Below are positions 15,620 through 28,723 of a stretch of DNA of 64,000 nucleotides, one piece after another; within the stretch, counting starts at the first letter, position 1, and each line of letters begins with the position of its first letter. The position numbers and the translations under genes were made by a program. This DNA comes from the human T2T-CHM13v2.0 reference genome, Homo sapiens: the NCBI RefSeq assembly GCF_009914755.1, contig NC_060932.1; one strand, written 5' to 3'. The notes beneath the pieces are model-generated. The model did no database searches and was not told where the DNA came from. It saw nothing but the letters and a program-made list of their open reading frames with translations.

Positions 15620-15975
15620 CTGAGGATTCCTCCCTTTTTTAGACCGTATAGGGTAACATCCTGATATTGCTATGACATTTGTAAACCATTACGGTGCTGG
15701 TGGGAGTGTCTTTTAGCATGCTAATACATTATAATTACCTTATAAGGAGCAATGAGGACAACCAGATGTCACTTTTGTTGCCATCTTGGTTTTGGCAGGT
15801 TTTGGCTGCCCTCTTTACAGCATCCTGTTTTATCACAGGGTCTCTGTGGCCTGTATCATCTTGTACTGACATCCTATCTCATCCTGTGACTAAGAATGCC
15901 TAACCTCCTGGGAACACAGCCCTGTAGCTATCAGCCTTATTTTACCCAGCCCCTGTTCAAGATGGAGTCATTCTT

Positions 15976-16855
<880 letters not shown>

Positions 16856-16959
16856 CAAGTTGGAGTCATTCTTGTTCAAATGCCTCTGACATGTCCACAC
16901 CATCTCATTGGTCAGCTTGTAGGCATATGAATACACCTAACTTTGAGTTTAAAATGCAC

Positions 16960-17960
16960 TTTTTCAAGTGGATACATTGTCCAATGTCTCTGAACTACAG
17001 ACTCATATATTTATCCTCCTACTTAGTATGTCCACTGGATGTCTAATAGGCATTTATCTCAAAAGCAATATTTCAAAACCAGACTCCTCTTTTTACCTCC
17101 TAAACCAGCTTCTTCCACAATCTTCTGCATCTCAAAAAATGACAAGCCTATTATTACAGTAATCATTCCAGACTTGAAACCTTGGAAATGTCCTCAAATC
17201 CTTGCTTCCTCTATAAACTCACAGCTAATCCATCTGAAAATCCTGTCTGTACTATCTTCAAAATATATCTAGAAGGAAACTACTTCTAAGTACCTTTGTT
17301 GTTACCACCATTGCCTAAGCACATCCTTTCATGCCTAGATTATTCAAGAGCTTTCTGTCTGGGTCCTTTGCTTAGGGCTTACCCATCTATAGTCAATTTC
17401 TACAACTAGTCAGAGTGCCCCTTTTTAAAACAAAGCCAGCCCATGACCGCTGTTAGCCGAATGTCCTCAAGAGCTTCAGATTTCTGTAAGAGTAAATTCC
17501 AATTGCCTTAATGGTCTGACACCCACCTACCCCACTTCTCTGGCCTCATCGTCTGCAATTACTTCCCTCTCTTTCTGGTCCAGCCATAGCATCTTCCTTG
17601 CTGTTCCTCAGATTTTCCAGTCACACACACACATCCTCATAACACACTTCCTAACCACTTTCAAACCTTCATTCACAGGTCATTTTTTTTTTCAGTAATG
17701 CCTTTCTTAACTACTCTATTTAAAAAACATTCTCTCCATCTCCAGAATTTCCTACCCTTCTTCTCTAATTTGTTTTCCTTCACAGCTCTTATTACCATCT
17801 GACATATTTTGTATTTAGCTAATTTATTTATCTAATTTGCTGCTTCTGGTATAAAATAAGTTCTAAGTGAACAGAAGTTATTTGTTCCATTCCCCTGCAT
17901 ATACTTGGTATCTAGAACAGTGCCTGGCTCCTCATGGGCCATCATTTATATACATGAAAG
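16960..17960 (+). mobile_element. L2 LINE 3' region
   Basis: CCACTGGATGTCTAATAGGCATTT ... CTAGAACAGTGCCTGGC are typical L2 motifs. Confidence 0.75.
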
Positions 17961-18732
17961 GGGAAGATGTATATTGTGAGCCAACTAGCAATCTCTGCCA
18001 TAGGGTTTTATTCAGTTGATGTAGGCACATGGTCACACTAAGCCACAATTAACACCAGGAGTGTTATCTTTTTATAATCTCCCCCAGTGATTTTCATATG
18101 CAGCCACATTTGAGAGCCATTATTTAAAAGAATAAGGATTATTTGGTTGCTTTCCATTCAACAATATCAGTGTCTAGAAGAGTTTCTATTTCTCTCACCG
18201 TTGCCTCTTTCTCTATATAGAGAATCTTTGGGTAGCAAAACCAATGAGGTTAGGAATAGAAGTTGGGGATGGAGGTGGAGCCTGTTGAAAGAGCTTTAAA
18301 GGAATGTCATTAGCCTAAATCAATCTCAGCAGAGTATTTAGCTACGGAAATTATGAGCCATGATGACCTGTGACGACAAGCCATGATATTTCTGCTTCTA
18401 CCTTTTCCTTTGTGCTAATTATCTTACATCTGAAGCAGGACCACTATTACCTGGAAAGCATGATGATCTGATTTTCATTTACCCTAACTTATTTTTTTTT
18501 TTCATCAAACCCCTGTACTCTGGGTTTTTGGAATTTGTGTTGCAGAGAAAAGATTAAAGAAGTAGTTCAAAAGACTAAGAACTATGCTCTATGCACAGGA
18601 CGCAGCCCATCTACTCTGCTCTTCCACAACATGAGCTTTCTGTGTTGAAGAATTATACCTCTACATGACTTCTGAAAATGGGCTTTTTCTTACACTAACT
18701 ATCTTAAAGGCAACAGAGATGATTATCTATTG

Positions 18733-19283
18733 CAGCGGTCCCCAACCTTTACGGAACCAGGGGCCAGTTTTGTGGAAGATAATTTTTCCATGGACTGGGG
18801 TCAGGGGGTGGTAGTTTGGGGATGCTTCAAGCTCATTACATTTATTGCACACTTTATTTCTATGTTATTAAATTGTAATAATTGTAATATGTAATGAAAT
18901 AATTATACAGCTCACCATAATGTAGAATCAGTGGGAGTCCTGATTGCCAGATGGACTAGGCAGTCCCATCTAGGGGTGATGGGAGACAGTGATAAATCAT
19001 CAGGCATTAGATTCTCATAAGGAGCACACAACCTAGATCCCTCACATTCATTGTTCACTATAGGATTTGCCCTCCTCTGATTTGTGCTCCTCTGAGAATC
19101 TAATGCTGTCACATTAGATGTGACAGGAGGCAGCGCTAAGAAGGTAATGTGAGCAATGAGGAGCAGCTATAAATACAGATGAAGCTTTGCTCACTTGCCA
19201 GCCACTCGCCTCCTGCTGTGTGGCCTGGTCCTAGCAGGCCATGGAACAATGCCAGTCTGTGGCCCAGGGGTTGGGGACCCTTG
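18733..19283 (+). mobile_element. MER1 (MER1A-like, hAT-Charlie) DNA transposon
   Basis: TIRs CAGCGGTCCCCAACC / GGTTGGGGACCCTTG with perfect 8-bp TSD ATCTATTG at 18725-18732 and 19284-19291. Confidence 0.92.
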
Positions 19284-20742
19284 ATCTATTGCACTGGAAG
19301 CACAATACAAGTAAATAGTAAAAAGCTATTTTCTTTAGTTTCTTAAAATTTAATGTTTAAAACTCTTTTATGAATAATGGGAAATACAGAATGTTATTCT
19401 TTAGTTTAATGTTATTAAGTATTTCCTGTTAAAATTAAATTTCTTTGCTATCAGAAATGCATTTCTTATCATGTACAGCAGTTATAAATTTCAGTCAACA
19501 AATTCAGATAATACCATTTTGTTTTCTGATGATGATCTAATATAAACTCTCATCTTGCTGGTATGACATAAAAATTTAGTCTTAGTTATTTGGGGTTTCT
19601 ACTTTCCTCAGGCTTCAAAGGTTTTGGGCATTTACACTGTACCCAAAGCATTTGGTCAGAAGAATTCACAAGCTCCTCAGGTCTGCAGGCCACCTCTACT
19701 AAAAGATACTTCCTAAAGACACCCAAGTAATCCCACTTCCTCCCAGCCCTGTTAAAGCATGAAAATATCTGAGAAGCTGTCCATGTAGCCCTTTTCCTAG
19801 ACGTACCGCACAACCAAACCCTTTGCGAGGTCTTAACAGTGCTCCTGGAGTCTTCTGGGCTCAGATGTGCATACAGGGTTCCTCCTTCCAGGTTTCTCTG
19901 ATGTGTTGCCTCTGAATACCTCTGCTTCATCTCTCTTCCATGCAGGGCAGACAAATTTATTCTTTTGCTTGTTTCAAAGGCATCAAGCAAAATCTCTCTA
20001 ATAGATTGACACTTTCAGAAGCCCTGAAGACACTATTTTTTTTTCTACTTCTTGACATGTTGGTTTTTATTCCCTAAGGCAATGAACTCTCTATCTGCTT
20101 GAAGAGGATGAAGGGCAAAGAAGTACAGGACAGAAAAACCTTCATACTTCAAAATGTTATCTTACTTAAAATGGATATGGTAAAGCTTTCAAATAAAGTA
20201 TTTTTTCTGCATGATTTTGACTGGTAAAGTGCTTTTCAGCACTGGTTTGGCATCTAAATATGGTTTACCCATGTTTTAATTCCTCAAAAATGTATTTTTT
20301 ATTGTATTTCATCTAACTATTTTGAGTATCTAATAAATGTTTGTTGAATTGGAATGCAGAATCATTTCACATACTCTAAAACCAAAAATCAAAGAAGAAA
20401 AGATGTAAGACTGAAAAATCCAGATGTCATAACAGATAGGTAAGTTAAGTAAAATTTGTACTTAACTCTCAATTATTTAGTAGGTAAATATCTATATTAT
20501 TTGATGATGAATTCAAATGGTCAGGGGAATGGCATACTTTTCATATCAATATAGACTAGACTGAAAAGACATAAAATTCTGTCTACTATGACTTAGCAAA
20601 ATGGGTCACCATTTTCTAAATTGATTTGCTTCAGAGATTGCAGATGTGTAGGGAAATAAGGATTCCATAGTGAAACAAGCTTGAGAAATGTTGCATATTA
20701 TACTTTGGAAATTTAAAGTGTAAATTAGCATATCTGAAGCCT

Positions 20743-21699
<957 letters not shown>

Positions 21700-22760
21700 T
21701 TCCCCGAACTGAAACATCCCTAGGAGTTTTACACACCAAAAGCTGAGTTGTTGGCCATAGAAAGAAAAATCCATGTAGTAGTTGTGTGACAAATGATCTT
21801 AATAAATAAGTCTCTCATTCCTGGGAATAGGTGAGTCCAATTAAACAACTGTGTCTCATTTTGGAAGATGGCATTGCAGATGGGTTCTCAAGGCTAGGTC
21901 TCTACATATAATGCAGTCAAATAGGTCTTTAACAAGAGGCATTTCTATAGAAACAGAAAAAAACCAAAAGTTAATGTTTCAACCAGCCTATAAGCTAGTT
22001 TCTTTCGAGTCTGAAGGGCAGTCAGCTAAGAAGGTTAGTGGCGTTCTGGTAGATTTTTCTGGTTTGCACGTACAATGTTCGCCCATATATAATCTGTTGT
22101 GGTAATTTTTTCTTAAAGCCAATTTGACTACTTTAGGCAGCAGGAAAAGAGAAGTTTAATTTTTGTGATTCCAAGTCAGAAGGACAAGAGAAAAAAGAAA
22201 TTAAAATGTTAGTTTTGAGATTCACAGTCAGGTATTAGAGGAAACCATAAAAAATAAAGATCCAGTTCAAATTGCATGTAAAGAATAAAATCTCAAAAAC
22301 AATGAGCTGGAATCTAATAAGAGGTGTACTATAGGTTTTCTTGTGAAACATAACTATTCTCTCTCCAGTCCCCCATTTCTACTAAAGATCAATTTACTTG
22401 CAAAATAAGTTTTAATCTTATTATAATTCACCTGATTATTTGCATAAAGTGCTTCAAGAATAGTGATTTCTCATAAGGCTTTTTTTTTTTTTTTTAAGTT
22501 GGCTTAGCTGGAATTTTTCACAAGGAATCTAAAATCAGACTTTTTAAAACAGCCTGTCAAGGTTAAGGAGCCAGGCCAAGGACTGTCATCAGACTGTGTC
22601 TAATACCTGTACGAGTTTGGTGAATACCCCTCTGCTTGAGGGACCCAAAATATCTTGAGGTTCTTGGGCCTGCCAAGAAGTGACATCCTTTACCCACCTG
22701 TAAGGCAATTATGTGAACCATGTATTTAAGGTATCAGGACAGTTTCTCAAGGAGATTTCT
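21700..22760 (-). mobile_element. ERV1 internal region (MER4-int-like, non-coding remnant)
   Basis: Abuts the LTR through the polypurine tract; contains TGATTATTTGCATAAAGTGC and CAAGAAGTGACATCCTTTAC, recalled from MER4-group internals. Confidence 0.6.
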
Positions 22761-23118
22761 GTCAACTCCAAAAAAGTCAAAGTCATTTCCTCAAAGGAGT
22801 CCCAACACTTCTGAGGTGTTCTTCTGCATAAAAGAAAACTGTTTAACTTACTTCTTCTCAAACTTATTTGAGCATATATATGTATATATATGCATATATA
22901 TGTAATGTTAGATATATTATATGTACATGATACTATATCTATTATAATATTCCTCTGATCATGCAGTATAACAAAAGTATTCTGTTTAAAAAATATAAAA
23001 TATTTGGGGTAATTCAATTTTAAGTCCATAGTATTTGGTTATCTTCTATTTCTTTTCTTAATTGTTCTTTGGTAACTTATCTCTACCACAATGAATTTTT
23101 AAATGAAGAGACTGATGG

Positions 23119-23873
23119 TTAAATATTCGATGGAGAAAGTGGTGTGCACACCAGTACAATGTTGAAAGAAGTAGCAAGAGCAAATAGCCTTGTCTTGTTT
23201 CTGATCTTAGTGGGGAAAGACTTCAGTCTTATTTTACCATTAATTATGATAAAAGCTATGGGTTTTCCATGGATGCCTTTTATAAGGTTGATGAAGTTGC
23301 CTTCTCTTTCTAGGTTTTGGAGTGTTTTTGTCATGAAGAAGTGACTAACATTGTCAAAAGCTTTTTGTGAATCTACTGAGATAATCACGTGAATTTTGCC
23401 CTTTATTCCATTGAAGGTATTACATTCAATCTGATATGCTTTGGCTGTGTCCCCACCCAAATCTCATCTTGAATTCCCATGTATTGTGGGAGGGACCTGG
23501 TAAGAGGTCATTGAATCATAGGGGCAGTTCTTTCTTGTGCTGTTCTTGTAATAGTGAATAAGTCTCATGAGAACTGATGGTTTTAAAAAGGGAAGTTTCC
23601 CCACACAAGCTCTCTCTTTGCCTGCTGTCATCCATGTAAGACGTGACTTGTTCCTCCTTGCCTTCCACCACGACTGTGAGGCCTCCCTAGCCACTTGGAA
23701 CTGTAAGTCCATTAAACCTCTTTCTTTTGTAAATTGCCCAGTCTCGGGTATGTCTTTATCAGCAGTGTGGAAACAGACTAATACATAATCAAATACATTA
23801 AGTGTATTACATTGATTCATTTCTATATTTTGAACTACCACTGCATTTCTGAAATAAATCCTCCCTTGGTCAT
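23119..23873 (-). mobile_element. Old L1M ORF2 (RT) fragment, split by THE1B
   Basis: ORF 23119-23460 gives HVIISVDSQKAFDNV...KPIAFIIING...FNIVL, homologous to L1 RT. Confidence 0.8.
23432..23785 (+). mobile_element. THE1B-like solo LTR
   Basis: TGATATGCTTTGGCTGTGTCCCCACCCAAATCTCATCTTGAATTCCC ... GACTAATACA; TSD CAATC/TAATC. Confidence 0.92.
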
Positions 23874-24364
23874 AGTTGCAACAGACTCTTCACTGATCTG
23901 ACTTCCTCCTATCTTGAATGCCATCTAGCTATCCTACTATTAGTGGTATCTTTGTAAAGTGAAAATATGATCTAGTCACATTCTTTGCTTAAACTTCCTT
24001 CATTTCTCTTTATTGCCTTTGATAGAAATCCCAAAGTCAGCATGGCGTTGGCTACCCCTTGATGTTACCTACCAGGATCTCCAGCCTGATGACCCACCAC
24101 TTCCACCCTCTAAACACTATGAACTACATGTCATTCTTAATCTACACAACATTTGTTTCCATGTTCATACCTCTGCACATTTCCACCTAGAATGGTTTTC
24201 GCCATCTCTGTCCAGTGAACTCTTAGTGATGTATCAAACCTGGTTTTAGTTGTATGCTCCTCCCAGAAGCTATTTTTGATATTCACTCCCCCAATATGGA
24301 ATAAATTCCTGTCCTAAGTACTTGTCAGTTCATTTGAGTCATAGTATTTATTGTGCCAAATTAA

Positions 24365-24694
<330 letters not shown>

Positions 24695-25734
24695 TGAAGT
24701 AGACTGAGCTCCTCATGGAAAGTATCGTGTCCCAGCAATCTGCGTATTTCTGGTGCCTACTACAGGCCCAGACCATAAAATTTGTTGATGTTTACTACCT
24801 GACTGTATTAATATATACAATGGAAGAATGATTATACAGTTTACTTTGAAGATTTACAAAACCCCCATATATTTATCATCAATTTTATCACCTCCATGGG
24901 AATTCCCTGTAGCATTTACCACAATCCTAAGTGAGTATTTGTGTGTGATATATTTAACATTAAATCTCCCATGAAGGGGATAGTGTTTTGTTCACCACTA
25001 TATCCCCAGAACTTAGCATAGTGTCTTTATATAAGAAGCCCTCAATAAATACTTGTTGAATGTACAAATGAATAAATGACCTACTAATGAAAAATTCTAA
25101 TCAAAATTTCCTATTAATATATATCACACTTGAAGGAAGTAAAATATTAACCAATACCTTTATAGCAGTTTTTCCTCCACAGATTACTTGGCCTCAGAAG
25201 AGTTGAGGTTTCAAAATCACTTAGTTTGACCTGAAACTGGAATAATCTAATTTCCCATCATGCATTTGCTCTTCACATAGATAATGAATATAACTTACTT
25301 CATGTCCTGTTCCAAGATATTTGTCTAAGATATCTCTCAATTGTATGATATAGGTATAACTGCTGTGAGAATCATTGCCACCTTGAATATTTCTAGTTGG
25401 TGTCTCTTTTGAGCATGGGGTAAGACTGCACTTCTTTGACTTTGAACCGATCCGGCCAATGAATTTGAGTATAAGTGATGTAGGTCACTTCTGGATGAAT
25501 ACACTTGCTTGAGTGAGACCCTCCTGGGCTCTTTCTCCTCCAGCATAGCAACTGGCAACATCCAGATAGTGACTGCTATGTCCACGTATGTCCTTGAGCC
25601 AGACTGAAATGAAGCTGATTGCCCAGCCAATCTGAGATGAGCATGTAGTGTTAGCAAGAAACATCCTCTGTTTTTAATAAAATTAAGATGTGAGGGTTTT
25701 TATTGCAGCAGAATCCAGATCCTCATGATAGATC

Positions 25735-25895
25735 AAATTATCACCCCCATTTAGAGATGAGGAAACTGAGGTAGATAGTAGGCAACTGAATTGCTTCTGT
25801 CATATTACCAGTGAGCAGTAGAAGTGGGATTCCAGTCAGGCAATCTGCCCCCAGCATCTGCACTCTCACCCCTCTGCTGCACTGTTCTACACTGA
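25735..25895 (-). mobile_element. MIR SINE
   Basis: Core CCCCCATTTAGAGATGAGGAAACTGAGG. Confidence 0.8.
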
Positions 25896-27659
25896 CATTA
25901 GCCATCTTCTGGCAGTGACACTTTTCCTCCTGCACGGAGAAACACACAGCTGCATGCATTCAAAATGAGAAGTGGATAATAATATAAAGAACCTGTTTAA
26001 TAGGGCCAAACCTCAGAGAACCATTTTTCTCTCCTGATTGAGTACTCTGTCATTTTAATGGGACAATCATAGTTTCACAAATCATTTAGTTAAGACAATT
26101 TCTGGGATAATTACCTTGTCAGTTAAATTTAAAAATATTGAAATTAAGGTTGAAGTTGGAAAATTATTCACAGGTTTTCTTTCTCCTTGTTTTATAAAAC
26201 CACCAATAATATCCAGAAATACATGAATACTCTGATACTGTAAACCTGAGATCAAATGCAGTATAATCAATTTTTCACAGTGGTTAAAAAGGCCCATGGA
26301 GAAAAGCATGTTCCAGCTGACTACAGAGTCAGAGACTTATTATTATGATACAAAGTGACTTTAGTATATTTACCAAAGTAAATTATTCAATAAATTAGAA
26401 CAAAATCCTTGATATTTTTAAATGACTCTTTTTGGTGCTTGTAACATTAATTCACATAAAGTGTTTATAATTAAATACTGAGCTTTTTACCATAGAAACA
26501 AATGGCAAGAAAGGACATTAAGCTGCTGGTGTCCTTACTTTCCCTGCAGTAGAGCAACATAACCTGTAAACCTTCAGGGAGAGCCTAGGGCTGCATGGTC
26601 TGATGCAGTAGCCATTAGCTACTTGAACTTATTTAATGTAAAGAAAATAAAAAAAAAAGTTGCTCAGTCACATTAGCCACATTTCAAGCGTGGCTCTCAC
26701 ATAGGAAGGTAGACTATTTCAATACTACGTGAGTGAAAAGATCGGTGTGTGCCAGGAAGTCCAGAGGAGGGGAATTTTCAGCACCCTATTCAGGGAAATC
26801 ATGTTAAGAGGTAATTTCTGATCTTAGCCTCAGCACTTTAGTAATGAGAAAGATAGGCAAATAAATGTGGGGAGGGCATTCAAATCAGAGGAAACAGTAC
26901 AAGTAATGATACAGATGTGAGAAGTCCTTGATGTGTTTGTGAAATTAGAACCAGCTTAGTTTTGCCTGGGAGTAATGAGTGATGAAGCTGTCAAGGTCAA
27001 CGGGGGCCAGTCATTGAAGTCTTTCCTATGCAAAACCACTTGTGTTTTATTCTGTAAACTAAGCAGGAAGCATGAAGGTCTTGATGTAGGTGAATAGCAA
27101 GGTCAGATTTGCATTTTATAAAGTTCACGTGGAAGCTATGTAGAAGCTATTTCCAAGTCTGCCACGACAATGGGATGGCCATGCCCTGAAGAAAGATGCC
27201 TCAAATGGGGCAGAGCTAAGGGATGCAGAGAGTAGGTGGCAGATTAGAAAACTGCTTAGCAAGTAAAATGAGCAGGGCTTCTTCCAAGATTGGACACAGG
27301 GGTGAGAAAAAAGGAGACAGCTAGGAATGTTCCCTGGTTTTTACGATGCAGTAATGTTACCTAGTGACATAATTTATTATAGGAGAAGACATATAGTTTT
27401 CATGATACAGGTAATCAAAAATGTCTTTTGACAAACAAATCAATTTTTGATGAAAGAAATAGAAAATTATGTTTAAAAACTGACAAATAGCAAATTTTCC
27501 CCAGTCAATAAAACTTAAGGATTGTCTGTAAGTCATACTTTTTTTGTTGCCATATACAGATTGTAGATGGACTTCAGAAGGACTTTTCTTTAAAACATAT
27601 CCATATCATTTCAACAGGGAAAGGCATGTTACAGGATTTCTGTTGATTTTGAAGTAGCT

Positions 27660-28017
27660 AGTCTTAGTCCATCTGTGCTGCTGTAAGAAAATACTATAGA
27701 CTGGGTGGCTATGATAGACATCTATTTCTCATAGCTCTGGCAGGCGGGAAGTCTAACATTAAGACACTGGCAGACTCAGTGTCTGGTGAGGGCCTACTTC
27801 CTGGTTCATCAATGGCCATCTTTTCTTTGGGTCCTTCCATGGTGGAAGGGTTGAAGCATCTCTCTTGGGTTTCTTTTATATGAGCATTTATCCCATTCAT
27901 AGGGGCCCTGCCCTTATGACCTAATCACCTCCCAAGGACCCTACCATCTAATACTATCTCCTTGGGGGTTAGAATTTCGACATATGAATTGTGAAGGGGA
28001 ATTTTTAGGCTTTAACA
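27660..28017 (-). mobile_element. MLT1A-like MaLR solo LTR
   Basis: GTCTTAGTCCATCTGTGCTGCT at one end and CATATGAATT...TTTAACA at the other. Confidence 0.85.
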
Positions 28018-28275
28018 GCCCCCAAAATAAATAAATAAAGAACGGCCGGGTTGTTAAAGTCCAAAAATTCCCCTTCACAATTCATATGTTGAAATTCTAA
28101 CCCCCAAGGAGATAGTATTAGATGGTAGGGTCCTTGGGAGGTGATTAGGTCATAAGGGCAGGACCCCTATGAATGGGATAAATGCTCATATAAAAGACCC
28201 AAGAGAGATGCCTCAACCCTTCCACCATGGAAGGACCCAAAGAAAAGATGGCCATTGATGAACCAGGAAGTAGGC
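27792..28275. repeat. Long inverted repeat (arms 27792-28021 and 28048-28275, 26-nt spacer)
   Basis: Manual alignment of the arms: 6 substitutions plus one 2-nt indel in ~230 bp. Confidence 0.97.
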
Positions 28276-28723
28276 GGCACTATTCACAATAGCAAAGACT
28301 TGGAACCAACCCAGATGTCCAACAATGATAGACTGGATTAAGAAAATGTGGCACATATGCACCATGGAATACTATGCAGCCATAAAAAAGGATGAGTTCA
28401 TGTCCTTTGTAGGGACATGGATGGAGCTGGAAACCATCATTCTCAGCAAACTATTGCAAGGACAAAAAACCAAACACCACATATTCTCACTCATAGGTGG
28501 GAATTGAACATTCAGAACACTTGGACACAAGAAGGGGAACATCACACAATGGGGCCTGTCATGGGGTGGGAAGAGGGGGGAGGGATAGCATTAGGAGATA
28601 TACCTAATGCAAATGACGAGTTAATGGGTGCAGCACACCAACATGGCACATGTATACATATGTAACAAACCTGCACGTTGTGCACATGTACCCTGGAACT
28701 TAAAGTATTAAAAAAAAAAAAAA
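28276..28723 (+). mobile_element. 5'-truncated L1PA (ORF2 end, 3'UTR, poly(A))
   Basis: WIKKMWHI...LETIILSKL...FSLIGGN*, G-rich 3'UTR, poly(A) from 28710. Confidence 0.95.

Noticed and set aside
19586-19990. 134-aa minus-strand ORF in unique sequence
   Set aside because: Non-ATG start, no recognisable domain and no convincing exon structure; length compatible with chance.
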